This document shows, in pieces, positions 8,879-18,615 of a DNA stretch of 64,000 nucleotides (position 1 is the first letter of the stretch; each line of letters starts with the position of its first letter). A program made the translations under genes and the position numbers. The notes under the pieces are model-generated. The model worked only from the letters and a program-made list of their open reading frames with translations, was not told where the DNA came from and ran no database searches. Source of the DNA: an uncultured Methanoregulaceae archaeon (GTDB lineage: Archaea > Halobacteriota > Methanomicrobia > Methanomicrobiales > Methanospirillaceae); the NCBI GenBank assembly GCA_963701095.1, contig OY969564.1, positions 480,001 to 544,000 on the forward strand. Direction: 5' to 3'.

Positions 8879-11800
8879 ATGACTTCGGTTTCCCACCATT
8901 TTCTATTCTTCGCAGGTATACTTTTGGGATGCATTATCCTCCCGGGTATATGCTCTGCAGGCACGGTTACGACAATTACGAATGTTCACCCTTATTTGTT
9001 GTTCACTAGCATTTCACAGACTCCTGGGTACCAATACCAGGCACAGAGTCCTTGGAATACATGGCAAAGTGAAATTCTTACCGCCTCAAATAGTTATCTA
9101 AGTTTAAATTTTTCAGGCAATCTTGGTTCATATAATAGGATATCTTATCGCGGAGGATATGCTTCATATCTTGGATTGTCTTACCAAATCACGAAAAATC
9201 CGAAATATGCTAAGAAAGGAGAAGAAGCTCTTCTCAACATGAGTGTCGGTTCAGTCGCAGAAACCGCTGATTATGGCCTTGCCCTTGAAAGTTATTCATT
9301 AGCTTATGACTGGATCCAACCTACTCTTGATGCCTCTTCTGATCTCAAAATTCGCGATAATTTGGCCACTCTTGCGGATAAAGTTTACCAAGCTACTAAC
9401 TCGAATGGCACACAGAAAAATTATATTGATTTCCCCGATTTAGGTGGACACCTTTACCCCGCATTAGGTATAGCGTCGGCAGCACTTTCTGATTACACCA
9501 ACCCAAATAATCTTCCGCTCCATTCTAGCCCGTCTGATTGGTATCATGCCGGTACAGATTACTTATTTGTTAATGATAAACTGCACTCTTTAGGTACGTC
9601 ATTATTTTCGCAAGAATTTGATCCTACTGGAACAGATCTATTAGCAGGATACAAAGATTATACTGTCAATGATTTGTCGGAGTGGTACCAGGTCTGCAAT
9701 TCGAGCTTTGGCATTAACCTCATGAGCACATATCCTGTTGCGGAAAAGGCTTATACATCAGAAACATGGGAATCGATGCCAAACGAATATAGTACTAATT
9801 TTGTAACATATGGAAATACTCTCTGGGACTATCAGATGGGAACGGTAAGTCTTATGTCCCCACAGGACAAGGCTACTGTTATCAATCATATCAATCTTGT
9901 GTCTAATGATGAGAAGAATTCGATTCTGCCAAAAAGCATGGACTTTAATCAAATAGACACTGATCTTCTTTACTGCGTCTTCGGGAATTATAATTCGGCC
10001 CCAACCACCTACCCAACTGCAACCAGCCATTTGGATCCAACTGGCGTTCTTCAGGTTATCCGGGCAAACTGGAGTAAAACCTCAGACTGGCTTTCTTTTA
10101 CTACATGGAACATCGCTGCGGATAGTAACAGGAACATGATGCACAATGACCAGCAGGGATTTGAATATTACAGCCGGGGCAACCTCCTCCTTGCTGATGC
10201 GGGTGAGCCCAAACATATTCTTGATACCAATTATGGTACAACAGAAGTTGATCACAATGTGATTGCTATTGATAACCCAAGAACCTCCTTCCCGCTTTCC
10301 TCTTGGTCAGACAGTACATCAGCCGGCCTGACAAAAGGTACTGCTAACAACCTGATTACTCCGGCAAGTATAGGATCAATGTTCCAATTACCATGGATGC
10401 AACTGATTCAGTCCAGCGTAACTGCGACTAAAGTGACCACCGGTGCACTAACATCGACCCAAACGCTTTCAAGCCCCATCAAATGGCAGAGAACCGTATT
10501 ATACCCTGAATCGGACTATTTCATTATTGTTGATCGGTTTCAGGGAACTGAAACATGGGGATACCGCAACATATTCCGGCCTTCGAGTCTCATGGTGACA
10601 CCAAGTACAGGAACGACCAATCCAAATGTCGGATACGACAACGTGAATTTGTCAGTTGGATCGACATCCTATAATTGGCAATCATTAGCTTATAAGAAAG
10701 AAATTAATACGGGAATTACCACAAACTCCCTTACATGGCAGACAACCAATCCTTACGGCAAAACCGTTCTAGCAAATCTTGTAACCTCCCCGAAGTCAAA
10801 TGTTCTGATTGAAAAGAACGATGGAAGGATTGGCGGGTATGACCAGTCATCGGAAGTCTACACACCAGTAGTATATTTTGAGCCGGCTAATGCTACATCA
10901 GTATTTCGGGTCACAGCACTATTAGCCAATTACCCGACAGAAACAGCGAAGACAGGGACTGAAATTGTCGTGAATGGAACAGGACATGCCCTAGACGTCC
11001 ATGCACCCACTTATGACGATTATATCTATACCGGGACCGGTGCGGCCAGTTTCGGAATGTTTGGGACCAATGCTGACACTGTCTATATCCGGTCTTCTGG
11101 GGCTGTCCTCACTGATTTCACCCTGTTGAACGGATCTTCTCTCACTTCATCCGGAAGTCCTGTGGTTTCAATTTCCAGTCCTGTTAATTATTTGACTGCA
11201 AAGCGTGCCGGAAATACCTTGACCTTCCAAATCGGTGGCCAAGGAAATAATGCAAATATTCTCTTCAACGGAATTTCAGCGACTAGTGTAACAAGAGATG
11301 GAATCTCGTACTCTGGCTGGACAAACCAAAATGGATCTTTATTGAATATATCAACGGATCTCGGCCTTCACCAGTTTGTTATAAATATTGGGAATGCATT
11401 GACCGTCAATCCGATTGGAACGGTGAATGCAACTGTTAGCACCCCCGTTTCTTTAGTAGTTAACGCGGCGTACAGTGGTAAGGGAACTCTAACTTATACA
11501 GCGACAAACTTACCGGTCAATGCTACCTTTAACGGAGGAACACGTACTTTTACATGGATCCCCTGCGCAAACCAGACCGGGGCCCATAACGTTACCTTTA
11601 CTGTTTCTGACGGCTCCCTTTCTGCAAGCGCCGTCGCGAACATCATCGTTGGTGCCCCAACAGTCGCCCAGACCCCACCTGCTGCAGGATCCGTCTCTAT
11701 GAAATCGGTTTATGATGGGGATTTGTGGAGTTATGAAGGAACTGCAAATTCCACATTCAGCACCCTTATCTCAGGAACCGCCGCCCATATTGATCATACT

Positions 11801-12289
11801 ACCTATGCGAACACGGTTCTCAAGTCCGTGGCCTCCTCGACAAATGGGACATTTTATTCCCTTGGCGCAACGGTCTGGACATTCGATACTTCCAGCGTAC
11901 CAAAAGGTTCGACCATCACGAGTGCAACCCTGTCCCTTTTCCTGATTCAAAAGGGATCCGGTCTTGGCCAAACTAATTACGTAATTGTACCTTTCTCCCC
12001 GGCAAATTCAAGGAATTATAGTACTAGTGACTGGCAGAAATTCGGAACCAGTACGCTTGGAAGCATCTCAACATCGTCGTGGGTTCAGGGAAATTATTAT
12101 AATATCAGCTTATCTCCTTCAGCTATCAATGTGAACGGGGGAGACACAACACTTGCAGGATTACTCTCTTGGCACCAGATGAAATCCTTTTCAGGGACCT
12201 GGGTTCCAGGAGGAATGACGTGGTATGAAACAAATACGAGCGTTGCAGCTGCAAATCAGCCCGTTCTATACGTATACTATATCCAATAA
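8879..12289 (+). CDS. Secreted heparinase II/III-fold polysaccharide lyase/epimerase-like protein with Ig-like and DNRLRE-like C-terminal domains
   Basis: Signal peptide; HPYLLF start; helical region with YSLAYDWI; MHNDQQGFEYYSRGNLLLADAG...DHNVIAID; Ig repeat LTYTATNLP..ATF...TFTW.P...G..NVTFTVSDG; FDTSSVPKGSTITSATLSL. Confidence 0.75.
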   Translation: MTSVSHHFLFFAGILLGCIILPGICSAGTVTTITNVHPYLLFTSISQTPGYQYQAQSPWNTWQSEILTASNSYLSLNFSGNLGSYNRISYRGGYASYLGLSYQITKNPKYAKKGEEALLNMSVGSVAETADYGLALESYSLAYDWIQPTLDASSDLKIRDNLATLADKVYQATNSNGTQKNYIDFPDLGGHLYPALGIASAALSDYTNPNNLPLHSSPSDWYHAGTDYLFVNDKLHSLGTSLFSQEFDPTGTDLLAGYKDYTVNDLSEWYQVCNSSFGINLMSTYPVAEKAYTSETWESMPNEYSTNFVTYGNTLWDYQMGTVSLMSPQDKATVINHINLVSNDEKNSILPKSMDFNQIDTDLLYCVFGNYNSAPTTYPTATSHLDPTGVLQVIRANWSKTSDWLSFTTWNIAADSNRNMMHNDQQGFEYYSRGNLLLADAGEPKHILDTNYGTTEVDHNVIAIDNPRTSFPLSSWSDSTSAGLTKGTANNLITPASIGSMFQLPWMQLIQSSVTATKVTTGALTSTQTLSSPIKWQRTVLYPESDYFIIVDRFQGTETWGYRNIFRPSSLMVTPSTGTTNPNVGYDNVNLSVGSTSYNWQSLAYKKEINTGITTNSLTWQTTNPYGKTVLANLVTSPKSNVLIEKNDGRIGGYDQSSEVYTPVVYFEPANATSVFRVTALLANYPTETAKTGTEIVVNGTGHALDVHAPTYDDYIYTGTGAASFGMFGTNADTVYIRSSGAVLTDFTLLNGSSLTSSGSPVVSISSPVNYLTAKRAGNTLTFQIGGQGNNANILFNGISATSVTRDGISYSGWTNQNGSLLNISTDLGLHQFVINIGNALTVNPIGTVNATVSTPVSLVVNAAYSGKGTLTYTATNLPVNATFNGGTRTFTWIPCANQTGAHNVTFTVSDGSLSASAVANIIVGAPTVAQTPPAAGSVSMKSVYDGDLWSYEGTANSTFSTLISGTAAHIDHTTYANTVLKSVASSTNGTFYSLGATVWTFDTSSVPKGSTITSATLSLFLIQKGSGLGQTNYVIVPFSPANSRNYSTSDWQKFGTSTLGSISTSSWVQGNYYNISLSPSAINVNGGDTTLAGLLSWHQMKSFSGTWVPGGMTWYETNTSVAAANQPVLYVYYIQ

Positions 12290-12297
12290 TTTTTTTT
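12290..12297 (+). terminator. Oligo(T) archaeal terminator candidate
   Basis: T8 tract directly after the stop codon. Confidence 0.45.
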
Positions 12298-12416
12298 AAA
12301 CATCATCATTTGGATATTTAGAAATCTTTTCTTTAGTGATCATCGATATTTTATTATTTAAAGAAAATTTTGCCAACGTAAGTAATATATCGTAATAGCC
12401 ATAGTATTGTTGGACT

Positions 12417-13457
12417 ATGGTTCTGACTTTAAAAATTCTCGACATTTCGAAAGAAAAAGATTGGGATGAATTAGTCAGTTCCTCTAAACATGGTACTATT
12501 TTTCACTTGATTTCATGGTTAAGGATTGCAGCAGAACAATCAGGGACAGAATTAATGCCATGTATGTTCTACAAAGGAACACAGCTTGTCGCAATATATC
12601 CGATATTTATTCAGAAACATGGATTAGCTCGGGTGGCTTTGTCACCTCCTCCACGATCCTATATGATATATCTGGGGCCGGTAATTTCAGATTATGATTC
12701 CTTAAAGCAGGATAAAAAAGAAAGATTATATTTTCAGATTCAACAGGAAATGGATAAGTTCATATTTAATATTAAAAAATGCAAATACGCAAGAATTCAA
12801 TCCTCTCCGGGAATTCTTGACTCCAGGCCTTTAAACTGGTTGGATTACGATATCGAGCCATATTATACCTACCGCATCGATTTGTCCGGAGGCGTAGATC
12901 GGGTCTGGAATAAGTTCAACAGAAAACTCCGGGTTGAAATTAACAAAGCTGTCCGAGACGGAGTCACTGTCCGAAATGGCGGCAGTGATGACCTTATATA
13001 TATTCATGATGCCCTCTCTACTAGATATCAGCAGCAAGGACTTAAATCCATTAATTACAAAAATTATTTACAATCTCTTTATAAGGAATTTCAGAAGAAT
13101 ATGAAAATATTTGTGGCGGAGTACCAGGGCCAACGAGTTGGGGGAACCATCAATCTTTTTTTCAAAGATGTCATGTATCTCTGGGTAGGGATTCCGAAGA
13201 GTGATCTTGTCGGGATCTCTCCTAACGCAGTGATTCAGTGGGAAGCAATTAAATGGGCACATGCGAATGGGATCGGGATCTATGAAGAAATGGATGCAGG
13301 TCATGATCCTCGTTTACGATATTTTAAATCAAAATTCAATCCAGATTTGGAGATCTGGTATTCTGCGACCAAATATTCGTCATTTAGCTACAGGATCGGA
13401 AAAGAATTATTCGATCTTGCACGAAAAATTAATTTCCAAAAAATTCGATCGAGGTAA
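12417..13457 (+). CDS. GNAT family N-acyltransferase, FemABX-like (paralog 3)
   Basis: DWDELV..S.HGTIFH..SWL, LSPPP, YLGPV, SPNAVIQWEAIKWA, LRYFKSKF. Confidence 0.85.
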   Translation: MVLTLKILDISKEKDWDELVSSSKHGTIFHLISWLRIAAEQSGTELMPCMFYKGTQLVAIYPIFIQKHGLARVALSPPPRSYMIYLGPVISDYDSLKQDKKERLYFQIQQEMDKFIFNIKKCKYARIQSSPGILDSRPLNWLDYDIEPYYTYRIDLSGGVDRVWNKFNRKLRVEINKAVRDGVTVRNGGSDDLIYIHDALSTRYQQQGLKSINYKNYLQSLYKEFQKNMKIFVAEYQGQRVGGTINLFFKDVMYLWVGIPKSDLVGISPNAVIQWEAIKWAHANGIGIYEEMDAGHDPRLRYFKSKFNPDLEIWYSATKYSSFSYRIGKELFDLARKINFQKIRSR

Positions 13458-13472
13458 CCACAATAAGATACC

Positions 13473-14468
13473 ATGTCGTTAATAAAATTTATTAAAAAAA
13501 TGATATTTGCCGGTTTTTCTTATCTTCCGGGTACGATAAAAATCATCTCTTATAGGGCATTAGGTGCAAATATTGGAAAAAATGTTGAATTGGGCATGGG
13601 ATCGATAATTAAGCCGTTTGACGGCGATTTTAAAAAAATCCAAATATCCGACGGTGTCATTATTGGGGATGATGTAAAAATTCTCGCAAAATACCTTATC
13701 CTTGGTGAAGGTTCACAGATTAAGGCTTCGACACGCATCTGGGGACAATCATCATTTTCTCTGGGTCCTTTGGGTTATATCGATAGGGAATGTCATTTTG
13801 ATTTACGGAAGGATATCACGCTCGGAAAAGAAACAACAATTAGCGGGGGAAGCTGGTTCTACACTCACATGGTATTTCTTTCTGTTCTTGATGGGGCTCC
13901 GTTCACATTATCTTCAATAAGAGTTGGTGACCGGACATATCTGGGTGCAAATGCGTTTGTTCTACCCGGAGTTACTATTGGTCATGATGCGGTGGTGGGT
14001 GCGCGATCCGTAGTTACACGGGATGTCGAATCAAATGCGGTTGTAGTGGGTAACCCGGCACGTCAGATCGGAAAGACTCCAGAACGATTCAAAAAATTAG
14101 TATTTGCTGATAAGGAACTTTTAGTAAAAGAGATCCTTGATCAGTTCATTGAAGTGTATGATAAAAATACAAAGGTGGTTGGGGACGCAACTAATAAGAG
14201 TTACCGTTTCGTGCATGGTAATCATTTCATCTATTATCAATCTCTCATCACCGATCTAACGATGATAGAAGATTTTGTTAAACGAGACCAGCCGCCTAAT
14301 GTAATAATATCTTTCGGGATTTCCGATAAAATTAAAGAATATTGCCTGCGGCACAAAATTGAATGGATTGATCTGGAATCAGGGAAGCATTCCAAAAAAA
14401 TCTCTGCTGCAGGTCTGACTATTGAGAACTTCTTTAGTAATTATGGTATCAGATTTCAACCTGAATAA
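13473..14468 (+). CDS. Hexapeptide-repeat (left-handed beta-helix) acyltransferase with C-terminal extension
   Basis: VGDRTYLGANAFVLPGVTIGHDAVVGARSVVTRDV...VVVGNPARQI. Confidence 0.85.
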   Translation: MSLIKFIKKMIFAGFSYLPGTIKIISYRALGANIGKNVELGMGSIIKPFDGDFKKIQISDGVIIGDDVKILAKYLILGEGSQIKASTRIWGQSSFSLGPLGYIDRECHFDLRKDITLGKETTISGGSWFYTHMVFLSVLDGAPFTLSSIRVGDRTYLGANAFVLPGVTIGHDAVVGARSVVTRDVESNAVVVGNPARQIGKTPERFKKLVFADKELLVKEILDQFIEVYDKNTKVVGDATNKSYRFVHGNHFIYYQSLITDLTMIEDFVKRDQPPNVIISFGISDKIKEYCLRHKIEWIDLESGKHSKKISAAGLTIENFFSNYGIRFQPE

Positions 14469-14534
14469 TATCTAAAACCGACGCAACTGGTACTGCAATC
14501 TGCGCCGGAAAGAAATCCAAGACTTGTATATATT

Positions 14535-17500
14535 TTAAAGACTTCTTATTTCGTCAATGATCCCAAATAAACGTCCTTTTACATCCAGGTTTGATTGGTA
14601 GGTTTCAAACCCCGGGCATTGGATTTTTATTGTATGTATACCGCGGTTTAAATTTACGTCCACTTCGCCTTGCGCGTTAGCGAGGTAATATTTTGTATCG
14701 ATAATAACTTCGGCATTTCTCAAAGGTTCTCCTGCTTCGTCTTGTAATTTGATATTAAGGAGCCCCTCAGTCATATGTTTAGGCAGATTTACAATGATTT
14801 TTCCTCTGGGTTCCATTGGTTGGACGAGAATTTCTTGTGTTTGATATGCGGGAATGTCTGTACTGATATCAAGGATAACATTTCCGTTATCCTGTGTCAT
14901 TCTTACAATTTTTCCTTTGCTGACATAATATTCTCCGGATTCCAATGTCGGCAATATTACTTGGAAGGCAACTTGTGTTGCACTCTTGTTGTTTTTATTA
15001 GTCATATTAATCATAGCCACATCATTTAGCACAGTCCCATTATACTGAATGTTTTGGATCTCTTTGTAATGCTCCGCTATGACATCTGGCGTCGTAAACG
15101 TCAGACCATTATTATTAGCATACGAGATTAGTGATTGGATATAATCGGTATATGCCGGATTGCCAATATCACCAGATCGAATGATAAACAGAGCCATTTC
15201 ATTCATAGCTACAGATTCATCTATGGTCGCTTTCCAGGCGGAAAGGGTTGTAAATGGATCTATCTGGCTTGAAAGTTCGGAACTCGTCGGAGCAGATACA
15301 GGAAGCAAAGCGATATTTGTGGGACTATTATGATACATCGCTAACTCCGGGTCTCTTATTTGCTGCCCTATTATTCCATAATATGGTGGAGATACATATG
15401 TTGGAAGCATGAGGGAGAAATGGTCGTCTGATATTATTTTAAGCGTATCAAGATTATACTCTAGCATGCTTGGCATGTAGCCGATGAGCGGGATATGGCT
15501 TTCGCTTGCAGCGCTTATCACCGCTTCTATATCACTTGCCTGAGTACTATAATTGTTAAACGTATTCGCTACACCAGTTGAGCTTGAACCGATTATTTTA
15601 ATTCCTCTACTATTTATTGAGCTCAAATCCACAGTTCCGATTTTTGTCGTGTTCTGAATTGTGACATTCCCTCCCTCCGATATTGATGAATTTTGGGACA
15701 TGATTATATTCTGCTGAGGAAGCACACCTTCAGTATAAGGGACACTATCGTTAAGGAGGATGTTGTAGCCCTCATTTACATAATCAGAAGAACCGAGATC
15801 CGAGGTTGGAGTGCGATACCCCACAAGCATTATCGGGACTATGCCATCAGGATAGTCCAAAAGGCTGATCCCATCCTGTGAATGGATATTGTTTTCAGCA
15901 GTTATTTGATCTCCCGGTGAAAGGAATTGGGTGATATGCAATGTTGCTCCCGGCTCGAGAGAATCGGTCTGGGAAAAACTGACACTGCTCATATTGTAAA
16001 TGGTGGATCCTCTGTATGTTAACACATTAGGACTTGGGGCAGTAGGTTCGTTTTTAAGACAGATTCCACTATCCCTATCATAAATGTACAATTCATCAAA
16101 ATTATTATTCAATTTCACATTGTCTTGTGACGGGTAGATATGTCTTGTCACAGCAGTCTGATTACCTGTAATAATAAAATCATTCAGAGGTACAAAAAGA
16201 TCCGTTGAGACTTCGGTATTCATCTGTGAAGGCGCCGTTGATGTCACCCAATCGTTAGATATCAGAAATTCCCGTTTGATTGATGTCGGATAAAATGTAT
16301 ACTGTATAACTAATGATGCTTCGTTATTGCCATTTGGATCTTTGAGAATTGTCTGATAACGAAGTTGATTGTTATTCATCTGAGGGACTATAGATATATT
16401 GTTCAGCATAAAAGCATCAACAGTACTATTTTGTTCTGAGGTCTCATTTAAGGGAGTAAATGGGTTGACATATCCCTTCCTGAGCCCTGAGATCTGAATA
16501 CTATCAAGGAAAAATCCTTCGCCAAGAGAATTATCCGTGGGAGTCCCGAATTGTTCGATAACCGGATAATTTCCGTTTAATACAATTTTATAGGCGTCCG
16601 TTTGGACTTGGATAGAAGTTGTTGTCTTCTCAACGGTGATATTTCCTGCAAGAACTTTTTTCTCACTAGGTATTTCTGAAGAAATGATATCATAAATACC
16701 ATAATCTTTGCTTGAATAGATTTTATTCAGCGCTGTATCATTATCAATTTCAAGCATCGACCCTGTTTCACCAAGATTTGCAACAATCTTATCCGATATC
16801 ATGATATATTTTAAATTAAACAGCTGTTGCAGATCTCCGGCAGGAATTGTATCAGGGTCGAGAAGGGTACTTCTCAAAAGACCCAAGAATGTTCTTGTCT
16901 CATAACCATTCTGTAGTCCATACGTTACGTCAGTCATATTTGTGTAAATTGGAACCTGTCGTAACCCATACCCGACAACTACGTCAGACGGATTGCCTTG
17001 CTGACTAAGCCATTGCATACCATTAACAACATAATCTTCACCGGCAACTTGAGGCAGATAATAGCTTGTTGCAAGTGAAGCTGTAAGAATCACGGTAAGC
17101 AAAACAACTAACCAAACAATGAATGTTGCTTTTTTATTCTGCGGATTTCTGGTTTCCAGATAGGAAATAACCTGCCAAAAGCCGAGCGCAGAGGTAATCG
17201 GAATTATTATAACCAGAAAACTGATCTCTCTAAGTGCTCCTGTTGATATAGCGTTAAGAAAGAGTATATCCGGCAAGACTGCCACAATTAACACTGTCAG
17301 AAGGGTGCACTGTCCTTTGCTATCCAACCGGAAAAGACCTATAAATGAAAAAACGATCTGGAGGGGACCCGACCATAATGGTGTCGCAGCTACAGAATGT
17401 GAGATATTACTGATGGGAAGTGTAAGCGGAAACTGGTTTTTGGAATGCTTGACCGACTCTGCCACCTTTCTGTGGATATAAAGGAAAATTTTTCCAAGAA

Positions 17501-18446
17501 CAAAAATGAATGCACCAAGAATAATCGCATACACAAGCTCTTGGTTGAGAATAACATTCTGGTAGAATACGTTCCCTAATTGCAATGGTAAATCGAAATT
17601 GAATTTATCAGCAAGATAGTTACCGGGTGATAAGAACAACGTCGATTTTTCCGTGTACTGATTCTGGATCTGGGGGAACCATGTAAGTGACAATATATAG
17701 ATGACAAATGTACTGATAATGACAAGATACATCGGTAACGATGACTTTCCCCAGATCAGGCAGTACAAAAGATAGAATATTATTGAAAATGAAACCAGAA
17801 AAATAAATGTTCCTGTATGACTAATAATAATGACAAAACTTGATAACCATATTATCGGAAGCAATTTCCACTGGAATGGTTCCTTAATTGCTATATAAAT
17901 CAGAATAAACAAGAAGGGAAGAATAAAAATTGAAGGTCGGTATGAAAGAAGAAGAAGCGTTACATTGGGCATCGAGATAAGAAAAAGGAGAGCAAAAATT
18001 TTTTGATCTTTTATCTCTAGGAACGCATCTGAGTATATATAAAAAGATCCAATGATAATCAATAAAAAAATAATGTTCAATATGAATACGCCGCTTGTAA
18101 CAGATAATCCTGTAATTTTTGCAATAATACTCCCAAAAAGCCATAAACCGAAAGGATAATTATACTGATTGTCTCCACTTGATGGATCTGTCACAAAATT
18201 TCCCATTTTCTCATAAAAATCTGAAATTCCTGACGATATTGCCATCTGTTGGGTCTGAAACAGATGTGTATAATCGTCAGTTCCGAAAAAACGTCCATAA
18301 TGAAGAACTGGTATAATGAATGAGATAAGAAGAACTGCCACTAAGAACAATGTGAGCAAGAAAACAGGATCTAATGCTTCATTTTGACCAGCTGATCGTA
18401 GCGCTTTAAACGAGAATTTATCCTTCAACCATTTTCCTGGCTTCAT
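14535..18446 (-). CDS. 1303-aa multi-pass membrane protein: GT-C-like glycosyltransferase module plus large extracellular carbohydrate-active-like domains
   Basis: GTDDYTH acidic loop after TM1, YP.G motif, about 12-13 TM, GMQWL...KYIMISDK...KIYSS soluble domain, beta-rich domain, deacetylase-like barrel, C-terminal PEGA/carboxypeptidase-regulatory-like domain. Confidence 0.65.
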   Translation of the reverse strand: MKPGKWLKDKFSFKALRSAGQNEALDPVFLLTLFLVAVLLISFIIPVLHYGRFFGTDDYTHLFQTQQMAISSGISDFYEKMGNFVTDPSSGDNQYNYPFGLWLFGSIIAKITGLSVTSGVFILNIIFLLIIIGSFYIYSDAFLEIKDQKIFALLFLISMPNVTLLLLSYRPSIFILPFLFILIYIAIKEPFQWKLLPIIWLSSFVIIISHTGTFIFLVSFSIIFYLLYCLIWGKSSLPMYLVIISTFVIYILSLTWFPQIQNQYTEKSTLFLSPGNYLADKFNFDLPLQLGNVFYQNVILNQELVYAIILGAFIFVLGKIFLYIHRKVAESVKHSKNQFPLTLPISNISHSVAATPLWSGPLQIVFSFIGLFRLDSKGQCTLLTVLIVAVLPDILFLNAISTGALREISFLVIIIPITSALGFWQVISYLETRNPQNKKATFIVWLVVLLTVILTASLATSYYLPQVAGEDYVVNGMQWLSQQGNPSDVVVGYGLRQVPIYTNMTDVTYGLQNGYETRTFLGLLRSTLLDPDTIPAGDLQQLFNLKYIMISDKIVANLGETGSMLEIDNDTALNKIYSSKDYGIYDIISSEIPSEKKVLAGNITVEKTTTSIQVQTDAYKIVLNGNYPVIEQFGTPTDNSLGEGFFLDSIQISGLRKGYVNPFTPLNETSEQNSTVDAFMLNNISIVPQMNNNQLRYQTILKDPNGNNEASLVIQYTFYPTSIKREFLISNDWVTSTAPSQMNTEVSTDLFVPLNDFIITGNQTAVTRHIYPSQDNVKLNNNFDELYIYDRDSGICLKNEPTAPSPNVLTYRGSTIYNMSSVSFSQTDSLEPGATLHITQFLSPGDQITAENNIHSQDGISLLDYPDGIVPIMLVGYRTPTSDLGSSDYVNEGYNILLNDSVPYTEGVLPQQNIIMSQNSSISEGGNVTIQNTTKIGTVDLSSINSRGIKIIGSSSTGVANTFNNYSTQASDIEAVISAASESHIPLIGYMPSMLEYNLDTLKIISDDHFSLMLPTYVSPPYYGIIGQQIRDPELAMYHNSPTNIALLPVSAPTSSELSSQIDPFTTLSAWKATIDESVAMNEMALFIIRSGDIGNPAYTDYIQSLISYANNNGLTFTTPDVIAEHYKEIQNIQYNGTVLNDVAMINMTNKNNKSATQVAFQVILPTLESGEYYVSKGKIVRMTQDNGNVILDISTDIPAYQTQEILVQPMEPRGKIIVNLPKHMTEGLLNIKLQDEAGEPLRNAEVIIDTKYYLANAQGEVDVNLNRGIHTIKIQCPGFETYQSNLDVKGRLFGIIDEIRSL

Positions 18447-18615
18447 TCACTCACTCAAATATTATTAATTTAATTTTCGGGAAATTAACTCCTATTATCG
18501 CATTTATTTAATAATCGAATTTTGCGAGCACGAAATATATTCGATTTTCAGTTTGTTTGTAGACAAGCATATATATTTTTGATCATAGTTACACAAATGT
18601 TGTTTTGTGAAATCT

